Assembly: GCA_034226945.1 (NCBI GenBank)
Contig: CP120454.1
Span: 1,426,001-1,490,000 of the forward strand
Length of the DNA stretch: 64,000 bases
Direction of reading: 5' to 3'
Source: Picochlorum sp. SENEW3
Lineage: Eukaryota
Shown: positions 11,019 through 22,341 of the stretch, in pieces
How the letters are laid out: every line of letters begins with the position of its first letter
How positions within the stretch are numbered: position 1 is the stretch's first letter
Translations under genes and position numbers: made by a program
Notes under the pieces: generated by a model
Databases searched by the model: none
What the model saw: the letters and a program-made list of their open reading frames with translations, nothing else
What the model was told of the DNA's origin: nothing

Positions 11019-12071
11019 TCATCTATGCTGACCCGTTTCGACCCTATGTAGGGCATCATCATCATCACTATTGGTATTATTATTATTATTATTGGTGGTG
11101 TTGCCATCATCATCATCATGACCTCGTGCAGATGGCATGGCATTGGAATCACTGTCTATAACTACATGATGATCCACGCCATCCCGTGCTTCATGCGCAT
11201 CACTAGCAACTGTATCTGCCTCCACATCACGGACTTCTATGTGTGGCTCATTCTCACTGCTCATTTCAGCAACAGCCAATGTCCTGCAGAGCGGACACAG
11301 CACAGCCACGGTGTTCGAGTTCACCCGCCTCGACGAATGCCGCAGCAGATCGTTCACACATAACGTACAACTACCATGCCCGCATGGAAATTCTGACCAA
11401 ATCCCTGTATGCACGGGCACAGTATCCAAACAAATCGGACACTCTTTTGCCTCTCCATTCTCCTCATTCTCAGGCACCTGCTTAATATGAATTTCTTTCA
11501 ACTGATCATTCGGTATCTCTATCATCTGCACACTCGGCCTATTCGCCTGGCTCGCAGGCACATGCCCACTCACAAACTGATCCAAGGTCACCCGACGCTG
11601 TCGCCTCCTCCGAGCCATAAACACCCCCGTCACACATATCGTCACCGCAAGCGTGCCTATCAACGCAGACATCAACAGTAGAATGCCACAAACCTGCCCA
11701 CTACCGCACACAGACCCGAATGCATTCGATTCAGAGCACAGAGTGCACACGTCTGTCGTGTTACAGCAACACCCAGCTGACGGGGGAGGGTACTCGTACT
11801 TGTACGCCCTATACTGCCCTGCTCCGATAGGACAACAACATATCATATCAAATGGAGTGTCGTCCTGTGTCGTGTTCTGAAATACCTGCCGTAAAGTAAA
11901 ATCCCCTACCGACGCATTGCTGTCGGCAACTCGTTCCTCCTCAATATCCATTAATTCCCTCCCTTGAAACATATCTTTCTTTAAAAAAGACCCAATTGAC
12001 CCCCTGCATAGTACCACAAGAATGCAGAAGACCTGCAGACAACCTCGGAGGGTCGCCCTGAGACTGTCCAT
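11019..12071 (-). CDS. Single-pass membrane RING (C3HC4) E3 ligase-like protein with Cys-rich ectodomain
   Basis: Signal peptide, then a 10-Cys segment, a TM helix followed by RRRRQRR, then the RING pattern CPIC...PCGHGSCTLC...CPLC. Confidence 0.75.
   Translation of the reverse strand: MDSLRATLRGCLQVFCILVVLCRGSIGSFLKKDMFQGRELMDIEEERVADSNASVGDFTLRQVFQNTTQDDTPFDMICCCPIGAGQYRAYKYEYPPPSAGCCCNTTDVCTLCSESNAFGSVCGSGQVCGILLLMSALIGTLAVTICVTGVFMARRRRQRRVTLDQFVSGHVPASQANRPSVQMIEIPNDQLKEIHIKQVPENEENGEAKECPICLDTVPVHTGIWSEFPCGHGSCTLCVNDLLRHSSRRVNSNTVAVLCPLCRTLAVAEMSSENEPHIEVRDVEADTVASDAHEARDGVDHHVVIDSDSNAMPSARGHDDDDGNTTNNNNNNTNSDDDDALHRVETGQHR
11053..11119. repeat. CAT/TAT trinucleotide microsatellite encoding a D/N low-complexity tract
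   Basis: catcatcatcatc and tattattattattattatt runs inside the 3' end of the RING gene. Confidence 0.7.
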
Positions 12072-12143
12072 GGAGCGATGTCTACCAAGGAGAATCCTGT
12101 ACTCTCAAACCCATACTACGGAATATATACAATGACATGTGAT

Positions 12144-13380
12144 TTATAATTTACAAGGGTGATCGGAGAGCGCAGATGAAAGTTGAAGTTCATCCTGTGG
12201 ACCGAGGGAATCAAAGTATTGCTGGACCAGATGGGAATCCACGTGGGCAAGACTGGGCAGATTCCACCGTGGCACTTCATCCGACCTTGTGATGAGCTTT
12301 GCTCGCACTCCTATGTAAAATTCAGACTCTGGATCCCAAGTTAGTCGTCTGACGAGTCTATTTTCCATCTTGAAGCATTCGGAGAGCGACATGGAGGTTC
12401 CTCGACGTATGAGTTCAAAGGTGAGTTTCAGAGACAAGGGAGAACATCTGCAGTGTGAATGTGTGTCAGTCAGGGCATTGTCAGTCATCACTGCATCACC
12501 AGATGATACACGCGTACCTATGGAGCAATTCTAATGTCGTATCGTAAAATGATGATGTCCCTCGGTGCTGTTCTAACACGTTGAAGACGTCTTCAACGCT
12601 GGTCACCTGTGAACCAAAGGCAGCCTCAATATCCCGACACATGCCATCATCATCCAGCAGTCCCACTGGACAAGGATGAGACGCATTCTCATACCGTCGT
12701 AGTACAATGCCTATCTGTCTCTCAGCATCATACGCTGTATATGATATATCCATCTCGGATAAATCCCGCAGCAGGTCTGATATGAGCGAGGAATGAATGT
12801 AGTGTGTTGCTAGCCCTGCTCGCTTAACATCAATTCCATGCAGTCTGGCACCAGTCAGTCCCAGATACATGCCCAACCCACGACGCTGTCGGGATAAAAA
12901 ATACGATCCGCCTATATCAGGAAATAAGCCTATAGCGCACTCTGGCATGGCAAAGATGGTGCGCTCCGTGGCGATCTGAAATGTCCCATGGATGGCCAAC
13001 CCCACCCCACCCCCAAATGTGATGCCATCCATGATGGCCACATACGGCATGGGGTACTGAAATATCATGTAATCTACATGGTACTCTTTATTAAAATACG
13101 ATATTCCATACTCTGTATCCCCTTTGGACCCACGTTGTACAATCTGCTTCACATCTCCTCCAGCGCAAAAGACTGCTCGCTGTGATGGCATACCCTTGGA
13201 CATGATACACACAGCCCGTGGTGACGTTCCCTGATGATCACGTGATGATGCCCACATCCTAAGAATACGTCCAATCTCGTCAACCATGGGGACATCCAAG
13301 GCATTCAGAGATCGTGGTCTGTCCAAGACGATCAAACCCACATGGCCACGCTGGCTTTGGTGGACAGTAGGAATACCCAT
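12144..13380 (-). CDS. 3-hydroxyisobutyryl-CoA hydrolase (crotonase family), probably peroxisomal CHY1-type
   Basis: Motifs LDRPRSLNAL, FCAGGDVK, MDGITFGGGVG, FAMPECAIGLFPDIG and EFYIGVRAKLI. A 70-nt intron lies at 12517-12448. The C-terminal CKL is a PTS1-type signal. Confidence 0.9.
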
Positions 13381-13793
13381 ATTGGTATCGAGCCTGATGG
13401 ACGTGCTGTCCAAAATTGCAGCCCCCTCTTAGTACCTTTTTACTGATACAGTGGTAGTCTCTCGTGACCGTGATGGGGGTGGTAGAAAGAGAGAATGGTC
13501 GTTTACTAGCAAAATTCTTCTTGAATTCAACTACATCCGAAACCGCCAACGGAACGATTGATCTGCATTGTCCATCGCTGCAGTATGTATTTGCCTGAAA
13601 ATTGTTTGTTTATCTCTATTACCATGGGGATGGTAGAATTGCATCGAAAAACTCATACAATTTTGGTTGGTCACACAGCAGCTGTGTTTAATTAAATACG
13701 GAGAATCCCCTCGATACAGCCTCCATGGTATTCGTATCTGCATTGCATTTGTACAAACACAAAAAAATTTGAAGAATTTTCATATCAAGAATC

Positions 13794-14873
13794 ATGTCGG
13801 CGTTTGAAGATCTGTCTCGGCGCTTTTCTGAGCAACAATTGGAAGGTGGGTTCCTGTAATCCATGTCGGTGGTATTTGGTGTCGAATGGCTCTAATCCAG
13901 TGCATATATCTGTATAGGAAGGAGAAGTAGTAGTATCAAAGGGCCACCGTCTGGTGCTGTGCATAATGATGTGGTGGTGAGAGAATTCCATGAAGCTTTG
14001 GCTCGGTCCAGCGATATGGCTGTTGCGGTGGCGGCGATTCATGCGCTTACGACAGTGATTCGAAATAGTACTTCGACGACAATGATGGGTTTGGAGAGGG
14101 AGATCAAGGATGGGGCGAGCTCTTTGCAGCGGTATAATCCCACGGCGATTTCGCTGCAGACTGGGTGCGAGTTGTTCCTTCGATATACGACGCGGACCTC
14201 GGCGTTGGAGACAGAGTCGTTCGAGGTGGCGAAGAAGAAGCTGATTGAGCGCGGTAGGAGGTTTGCCGAGACGTCGAAACGGGCGAGGAATATTATTGCT
14301 GAGAATGGGGAACGGTTTATTCGTCCAGGGAATAGAATATTGGTTCATGGGCATTCTAGAGTCGTGCTGGCTATTCTGCGGAAGGCGGCTGCGTCTGGTC
14401 AACAATTTAGTGTGGTTGTGACGGAAGGGCGTCCGGATGAGACTGGGTTCACGATGGCCAAGGTGTTGGCAGATTTGAACATCCCCACGACGGTTGTGCT
14501 GGACAGTGCTGTGGGGTATGCCATGGAGCGTATAGATATGGTGTTGGTGGGTGCCGAAGCGGTGGCCGAGAGTGGCGGCATTGTGAATAAATTAGGGACG
14601 TATAGTGTTGCTTTGGTGGCGAAAGCGCATGGGGTGCCAGTGTATGTGGCAGCGGAATCATATAAATTTGCACGCCTGTTTCCATTGTCTCAGAGTGATT
14701 TGCCATTGGAACGGAAGCAATTTAATGTGGGGCCTTTATTGCCTGCATCTGTTAAAGTGGACAATCCTTCCAGGGATTACACGCCTCCATCATGTATATC
14801 ATTATTGTTCACAGATTTGGGGGTGTTGACACCGGCAGCAGTATCGGATGAGTTGATTCAATTGTATTCTTAA
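13794..14873 (+). CDS. EIF2B1: Translation initiation factor eIF2B alpha subunit
   Basis: Motifs MAVAVAAIHAL, GCELFLRY, HGHSRVV, VGAEAVAESGGIVNKLGT, AESYKFARLFPL and TPAAVSDELI. Short exon 1 at 13794-13845 and intron 13846-13917 splice in frame. Confidence 0.93.
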
Positions 14874-14891
14874 ACACCATTTAGTGTGTTA

Positions 14892-16502
14892 TTATCTGGT
14901 TGGAACGATATCATCAATTTTGAGAATCATTTTAACACATTCTGTGGCAAGTGAGAGAGCGCTTGTGGAAACGAGTAGTGGTTGCACCACGTTTTCCTGC
15001 ATCATGTCAGATATCGTATTCTTTCTGACATTGATGCCATGGTAGGTGTTGCCCTGTGCATGAAGATTACGAAGCTCTGTTACCAATTGGATTGGGCTGA
15101 GCCCTGCATTCTCTGCAAGTGTATATGGAATCACCTCAAGCGCATCAGCATACGCACGAATGCAGTAGGAATCCATCCCTGTCAATGTTTTAGCCCATGC
15201 TGTGAGCTGCAGAGACATTTCCATCTCTGGTGCACCTCCCCCTGCAATCAAGGCCCTCTTCTGCATGAGACACCGAACGACACACAGAGCATCGTGGAGG
15301 GATCTCTCTGCTTCTTCCAGCACCAGTTTGTTGCTACCTCGTAGCAACACAGATGCCGTATGTCCTGGGTGGGCCACCTCTGTGATTTTCACCACCTTGC
15401 CCTTTCCAACATCATGCATCTCCACCAAGCCTGCAGACCCTAATTTTTCTGGCTTCATGTGGTCCACATGTGAAATTGGAAGACATCCTAACGACTTTGA
15501 GATGAATTCAATTTCTTCTCGTTCTATGTTCTGCACAACCATAATCTTGGCCTTGGCCAAGTAGTGCAACGACAGATCAGTCACAGCATCCCTCAGAATG
15601 GATTTCTGAATCAGCAACACGTTGCATCCAGACGCTTTGATTTTCTTCACCATTTTCAGAATATAATTCCTTTCTTCTTTCAGGATACGATCCATGGCTG
15701 CGTAATCACCAACCACGACATTATTCTCCAAATCAGTCTTTGGTGGAGAAACCTGAAATTGGATCAATGCAATCTTTGCATTTTCCACTCGAGTGGGTCC
15801 TCCTGCAGCCTTTGACGCTTTTTGATCCAAAACAATACCATCAATCATTTCTGAGTCATCAATCGTCCCACCAGTCTTGCATACCACCTTGATATTCTTC
15901 AGATCAATCATCTCGGGAGCCTTGACATTGGCAATCTTCAAGAGGCAATCAACAGCCATGGGGGATAATAAATTAGAGTATTGTGAAACAATTTTAGAAG
16001 ACAACGACGTATTTGCTGCTTTCAATAAAGAGTCCCGATCATCTATAGACACTGCTTTGGCAATGGTATTTTCCAGGTAAGACACAGCAAAAGCACACGC
16101 CTTGTCAAAAGCATCAGACACGAGCGTCGGATGAATTCCCTTCTCCAATAATTCCAAACTCTTTTTCAAAAGCGCGCCACAGATGATAACAACTGACGTG
16201 GTACCATCTCCAGCAACGACATCCTGAGACTTGGACAGCTCCACAAGCATCTTGGCTGCTGGCTGCTGCACCTTCATCTTGTTGAGAATAGTCGCCCCAT
16301 CATTTGTAATGATCACCTCCCCACTCGCCTGAGATACCATTTTATCCATACCACGAGGACCCAAACTTGTTCTCACAGCGTCAGCTACTGCCTTTGCAGA
16401 TTCAATGTTCAATATCCTTACATCCTTCTTCTTTGAATTGTCCCTCAGAGTCTCCCCCTGAGCAGCCCGAGGGGGTGCAGCCACGGTAGCAGCTTGAGCC
16501 AT
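14892..16502 (-). CDS. CCT4: T-complex protein 1 subunit delta (CCT/TRiC)
   Basis: Motifs RTSLGPRGMDKM, ITNDGATIL and AGDGTTSV, plus the delta-specific IQFQVSPPKTDLEN and MDRILKEER. Confidence 0.96.
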   Translation of the reverse strand: MAQAATVAAPPRAAQGETLRDNSKKKDVRILNIESAKAVADAVRTSLGPRGMDKMVSQASGEVIITNDGATILNKMKVQQPAAKMLVELSKSQDVVAGDGTTSVVIICGALLKKSLELLEKGIHPTLVSDAFDKACAFAVSYLENTIAKAVSIDDRDSLLKAANTSLSSKIVSQYSNLLSPMAVDCLLKIANVKAPEMIDLKNIKVVCKTGGTIDDSEMIDGIVLDQKASKAAGGPTRVENAKIALIQFQVSPPKTDLENNVVVGDYAAMDRILKEERNYILKMVKKIKASGCNVLLIQKSILRDAVTDLSLHYLAKAKIMVVQNIEREEIEFISKSLGCLPISHVDHMKPEKLGSAGLVEMHDVGKGKVVKITEVAHPGHTASVLLRGSNKLVLEEAERSLHDALCVVRCLMQKRALIAGGGAPEMEMSLQLTAWAKTLTGMDSYCIRAYADALEVIPYTLAENAGLSPIQLVTELRNLHAQGNTYHGINVRKNTISDMMQENVVQPLLVSTSALSLATECVKMILKIDDIVPTR

Positions 16503-17020
16503 GTTCACTACACAAGACGAATGCTTTATCTTGTATTCTTCCCCGCGATTTCAGAAGAAGAAGAGAACAATGCACTGTCAATCCTACACACAGGAAGGAA
16601 GACAATACCAGTGAGACAAGTCCCTCCAACCAATGAATGAATACCCACACATGGCGTGGTATATTTCATCAAACTAAGATGGACAAATACATCTCTATGA
16701 TAGAGACAGAGAAACACCGAGTCCCGTGAGACCCATCGCCGTTTAAAGACTTTGAACAAACTCTGTCAATCTATCCCCAACCCCACCATATACACCACTA
16801 TATCCATAATATAGCTTATCTGTGTGTATCTATGTTACAGAGATGTGTTATGGCCACCAAAGGACAGTGCCGATTCACCGAGTCAAGACTGACTGATCGG
16901 CTGATGGGTAGAACGACAGGATACACCTACCTCTGACTACAAATACTTACTATTATACATATAATATTGATTAACAATGCTGTAAGGCTCCCTTGTGGGA
17001 GGACAAGTTCGTTTTCTCAT

Positions 17021-18367
17021 TTAGTCACTCGTCTTTTCTTTTTTACCACCATGGTGGCCATGGAACAGCGACAGAGCTTCATCGTACAAGACACGATCGA
17101 CATCGGTGTACTTGAGAACATGCGCAGCTTCCTTTGGATTCAATTCATCAAATGCTTTTGTCAATCCTTGAAAGTCGACCGGTTTTACCTCGACAACTGT
17201 TCTACTCTCCCAAACAAACTGCTTGTCCTCTTTCTTCATCAGTTCAGGAATCTCTCTCAGAGAAAAAAGGTCAATGTACTTTTCAATAAAATCCTCATAA
17301 TATTCAGAAAATCCAATCTGCATGGCCAGCAAGATGACATATATAGTACAAGTACCAAGAAACAACCAATAGGTATACGCACGCACCAATAGGTAATTTG
17401 AAATCAATCTGTGCCGAATGATGGCTCGACATCCATGATCCAGATGATGATCCCTGCAATACGACACGACTTCCTCTCCCAAGAGCATTTTCGCCATTTG
17501 ATTCTCCTCAATTATTTCAGGCTTTAGGAAATCAATGATAGAAATGGCATCTCTCTTGAATCCAATGGCTAACAGGTCTGAATACGTGACGCCGCAACAG
17601 GCACACTGCTCTTCATATTTGTTCGACCCAAGGACACACACCTTGCCTATTGCCTTTGAATTTCTATATGCTGATAGGTATCTCTCCTTGGGATCCCGCA
17701 GTATGGTGATCACCGCCCCATCGACGCAGCCACGTGGGTCCCCAGAATGACCCATTGTCTCATATGTCACATCTGGCCCCAACAGGGGGCCCATATGGAG
17801 AGGCATCTCTCCATTCTCAAGTTCTTTCCAGTGAAACAATACCTTGAAAATATTCTTAAACCCAAAGTTTGTCCCTCCCGTCTTGGGGATGTGATGAAAG
17901 CACAGTTTTCTACGGGACATTCCTGCTATAAAATCACGTCTCTCTGGTGTTGTGGATTGAGCCATTGCCATATCATACATTGTCGGCATCTGTCTAGGCC
18001 AGTCCATTCCCACCTTCTCCGCCTTCACGGCAGTAGTATCATAATCATTTGATGCTGTGTTCTGCTTGCGTTTCCACGCACGTATCTTTTCCAGCACCTC
18101 TGGCTTGGACGTTGGAGAGCCTGTTCCATCATTCTTGCCCACATCACTCGGCTTCTTCTCCTGCTCTCTCCCCTTCTTCGTGATAGCATACGTCCTCTCA
18201 CCTGTCGAAGCCTCATTATAGTCCTTTTTCGCCCCAGTAGATATGCTACTCGTGGGCGCCGAAGAGGAAGGAGCCCGTACCAGTCCACGTGTGCGTTGAC
18301 CATAAAAGGCAAACACCGCCACCAGGACCACTATAAATATGAAAAATGGAATTATGCCAGTTCGCAT
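17021..18367 (-). CDS. Golgi type II membrane sulfotransferase-family protein
   Basis: N-terminal TM anchor and stem. 5'-PSB motif FHHIPKTGGT and 3'-PB motif ITILRDPKERYLSAY. Probable in-frame 69-nt intron at 17386-17318. Confidence 0.8.
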   Translation of the reverse strand: MRTGIIPFFIFIVVLVAVFAFYGQRTRGLVRAPSSSAPTSSISTGAKKDYNEASTGERTYAITKKGREQEKKPSDVGKNDGTGSPTSKPEVLEKIRAWKRKQNTASNDYDTTAVKAEKVGMDWPRQMPTMYDMAMAQSTTPERRDFIAGMSRRKLCFHHIPKTGGTNFGFKNIFKVLFHWKELENGEMPLHMGPLLGPDVTYETMGHSGDPRGCVDGAVITILRDPKERYLSAYRNSKAIGKVCVLGSNKYEEQCACCGVTYSDLLAIGFKRDAISIIDFLKPEIIEENQMAKMLLGEEVVSYCRDHHLDHGCRAIIRHRLISNYLLVRAYTYWLFLGTCTIYVILLAMQIGFSEYYEDFIEKYIDLFSLREIPELMKKEDKQFVWESRTVVEVKPVDFQGLTKAFDELNPKEAAHVLKYTDVDRVLYDEALSLFHGHHGGKKEKTSD

Positions 18368-19238
18368 GATTGTATTCAGCTTAATGGCGAAGAAGTACCA
18401 GAACTGGACAGAGGAAGGAGTCGACCTCGGTCAAAAGTTCTACCACGCCACAAGTGGTCGATTGGGGCATCATCCACTGGTTTCTTCCAAAATGGTATTC
18501 GAGGAATGCCTGAAGAGAGAATGAGAGGCTGCAAAAAGGCATCTAGGAGGCAAAGATGCACGGCAAGGGGGTCACCTTGTTCGCTGTACGGTCCGAGGTG
18601 GAGTGTGACCGGGTAGTGCCCTTTCAAAGGGCTTTTACTCGGGCCTATCCAATTGGTGCTTTGACCGAACTACAAACCTTGACAGGAGACTGTTGACCCG
18701 AGGCACCAGATCTGGACTGGTTGTTCCTCCTTCTGCTGTGCCTCCATCGATCCATATGCAATGTGATTCGTGCCCTTGATGAAGAAGACACCGCAGCTAC
18801 CGTGGTCATGGTGATGTGGATGAGACTCGTGGGACGAGCCAATCTTGGTAGGACTAATTGAGTCTCCCAGGACGTGCATTGCAGGAAGCATGACGCTACG
18901 CATGAGCATGGCACCTCCGGAATCCAATGTAGCGCCCCTTCCATCCCGAAATAACCACATTGTATATTTCCAAGTACATATTCGCTACCTTGTATAGTCT
19001 GAAAGGAGAGTAGCGTCACGTATTGTTGCTAACAAGTCGGAAACTGTTGGCTCTTGTCACGGAAGACGTTCCTCATCGGAGTGCGAGTATCATCGTGTAA
19101 ACGAATACAAAATAGTATGGATACAGTCTATCATCCCTTCGAGTCGTGTTGAGGGATGCCCGAGAGCGTGATACGCAAAGATAGTTTCTCTTTACTGGCG
19201 TGGCGGGCTTTGGTATTCGTAGCATACCAATCATAGCC

Positions 19239-22200
19239 ATGACATCGAGGATGAATGGACATGAAAAAATACATGGGGATGATTCCATGGACCTGAGGGA
19301 TGATGGTGGTTTGTTGATGCGATTTTTTGAGAGCGAGTTTTTCGATGCGTGGATCGCTGTCAGGTATGTGCTGCGACGTGCGCTTGTACTATTGCGTATT
19401 CCTGACGTTTATCTCATGTGTTTTCAGCTACCTTCACAAGGACCTTCCCACTGCAACCAGAGAGTACTTGTGCCGCAGAATGTACTCGTTGCCAGAGTGT
19501 GAAGTTGAGTCATATGTGTCACAGCTCTGCCAACTGTGTGTCTCAAAGGGAGGCGATCCAGAGGTGGAGAATTTATTAGTTGATCTCAGTTCGAACTCTC
19601 TGAATATTGCGGTGAAGATATATTGGATACTGTTGGCGATTTCTCAGGATAGGCCTGTGGACGAGGGTCTTGCCAAGTTGCGGGATCGATGTGAACTGGC
19701 AGGGTTGGCTGGGCATTGGCAGCTTCCTTTCAAAGATGCAGCGTTGCCTGCTCCTTTGCCAAGACGAATGAATAGATTTATGAGGTATTCCCAAAATGGG
19801 CAGCCAATTGTACACAGCTCTGTGGAGTTGCTGGGGGGCTCTCCTGATCCGCTGATGGAGAGGCGGCATTCGCTGGAAACGGGTGGAAGAGACTCGAGTC
19901 CTGATGGATTGGGGACAGGAGTGTTTTCGTCTGTTTTTGTTGATACTGGTGTGGAAGGGCTGCTGTACGACGAACCTGGGCCTCTTATTGATGAGGTGCA
20001 CGAGAGGCAACAGCAGAGAGTCAGTGTATCAGGCTCTGGAGTATCACAGGGTTCCGATCGATCAAAAATGTACGAGAGCATTGACTCGTTAAACTCTGAT
20101 GGCAGTACTGTGATGTTTGTGAAATCGAGTCTTACGAGCCCCTCGACATTGGTTGATGTTCCAAGTCCACCTAGCTCTCCTAAAAGAAGGGAGACGACGT
20201 TTGGAGCCACCCTGGATTTTGTGGAAGCATTATGTTGCGCTTCGAGTTTTCTGACGTCCTTTTCTGAAGGAGAACGCCAATGGGCTCTGCACAAGTCCCT
20301 GAAGAATATCAATGCAGAGATTGACAAGGCAAGTTCTACAGGTGTAGCTATATGGTTTCCAATGAGAAGAGCAGCACCACAGCGAGTTGTGAGGCTCGCA
20401 TATAGAGAATCGAGACTCCTAAATTCTAGGGAGAAGGCCCCATTCACGCTCTACGTGGAGGTTCTGAATGAGGACATGTCTGTCTTGGAGGCTGAAGGAA
20501 TCCTCTCGCCAGGGACTAGTGTGGCAAAGTCACGCACTGTATCCGGGGATATTAGTTTGGGAGAACTTGATAATCTTTCTAAATCACTCGAACACGAGTT
20601 ATCGGGATATCACATGAAAGCAGCGGCGAGAGAAGCTGCTGCTGCAGGTATAGCGTGGATGCCCCAGCATCACAGAAAGAATTCATCGCATGATTTTTCA
20701 GCATCAAACCTTGCACCGATTGCTCTTGCCGCGGTCAATGGAAGCAGTGCAGCAGAGAATGCATATGATCCACCAGTAAATCAAAGTGATTCTCTTCAGT
20801 TGACACCATCTGTTACGAGCCAGAAATCTGATGCATCCCTGCTGGCAACAGAATTATCGCTGGCAGATTTTGTGGATTCTGGAGAGGGAAGTCCTGTCAG
20901 TCACGTTTCTAAACAGAGTTATGGTGATGAAGAAGCTGGCAAACAAAAGTCAGTACAGTTGCCGAGGCCACCTGTGCAAGGTGGAGGCACTTGGTTGGGA
21001 GGGCTGTCAGATACCTGTAATGGCAGGACGGCTGTTCCTGGACAGAAAAGTATATCTTCTCCGAGAATCAAAGCGACTATTGACGAGATCAGAGGGGAGT
21101 CATCCCTCGTAGCCCTCTCCATAGTTGTGAATCCAAGGCAGATTGTATCATCAAATGGCTCAAAATGCACCAACTCTGGCCTCCTCTGCAAAGTTGGCAT
21201 TTGCCAGTGCCCAAAGGTGAATGAAACGAAAGAAAGTGACAAGGCTGTGCAAGTAAGTATAAAACTCCGGCAAGGACTAGATTTGACCGTCAAACCTCAA
21301 AAAAATAGGCACAGGAGGATGCCATCAAGGGAGGCCTTGTTGCAAGTTGCAAAGCAGCATAAATTGCCACCTCCTGCTCTCCCAGCTACAATTGAATCAA
21401 GCGCAGAATATGAGGACATGGACAGAGAGATAGCAAAGTATAAGGAAGAGGCCTGTGAAGTATATGGAGAAAAATGGGAGGATAGGAGGGATAGAATACG
21501 CAAAAAATCTCCTCATGGGAATAGGCCTGGATGGGACCTTAGATCCGTGATTGTCAAGTCCGGGGACGACTGCAGGCAAGAGCTTTTGTCGATGCAACTA
21601 ATAAGGACGTTTCACTCGATTTTCCTTGAGGCAGATCTACCTCTGTGGTTGCGGCCATACGAGGTGTTGGTGACATCAAATCTTACAGCTCTGATTGAGA
21701 TGATCCCCAATGCTCCCTCAATTCATCACGTCAAATCATCTTTTAGCAATCAGAGGATGTCATTAAGGGATCATTTTGTGGCCAAATTTGGATCCAACAC
21801 CCGAGAGTTTGAGCAAGCTCAGAATAATTTTGTTGAATCCATGGCAGCGTATTCTTTGGTCTGCCACCTTCTTCAGATACGGGATCGACACAACGGAAAT
21901 CTATTACTAGATGACTCAGGACATATTATACATATTGATTTTGGATTCATGCTGTCAAACTCCCCGGGCGGGGTGAATTTTGAGTCAGCGCCATTCAAAC
22001 TAACGCGGGAGCTGCTGGAAATCATGGACTCTGATAGTGAAGGCAAATCCAGCAAAGCGTTTGATTACTTTAAAATACTAATGATTCAAGGCTTTATCGC
22101 AATTCGAAAACATTCAGATCGGCTGCTTGAGCTTGTGAGCATGATGAGTGACAGTGGATGCCCTTGTTTCAAAAACAAAGTACTAGCAGTTGAAGGCCTC

Positions 22201-22335
22201 AGGAAGCGGCTGGCCCCTGGCCTCTCTGAAGAAGCACTCGTCAAGCATGTACTTAACTTAATAGGTGACTCTCTTGACGCATGGAGAACGAGACAATATG
22301 ACTATTACCAACGAGTATTGAATGGAATAATGTAA
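19239..22335 (+). CDS. PI4KB: Phosphatidylinositol 4-kinase III beta
   Basis: Exon 1 encodes LLMRFFESEFFDAWIAVS, followed by intron 19364-19427. Motifs LNSREKAPF, VKSGDDCRQE, DRHNGN, HIDFGF, FESAPFKLT and RQYDYYQRVLNGI. Confidence 0.95.
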
Positions 22336-22341
22336 CAAAGA

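Noticed and set aside
13280..13549. Upstream ORF as a mitochondrial presequence exon for the CoA hydrolase
   Set aside because: I found no splice that puts it in frame, and the C-terminal CKL already suggests peroxisomal targeting.
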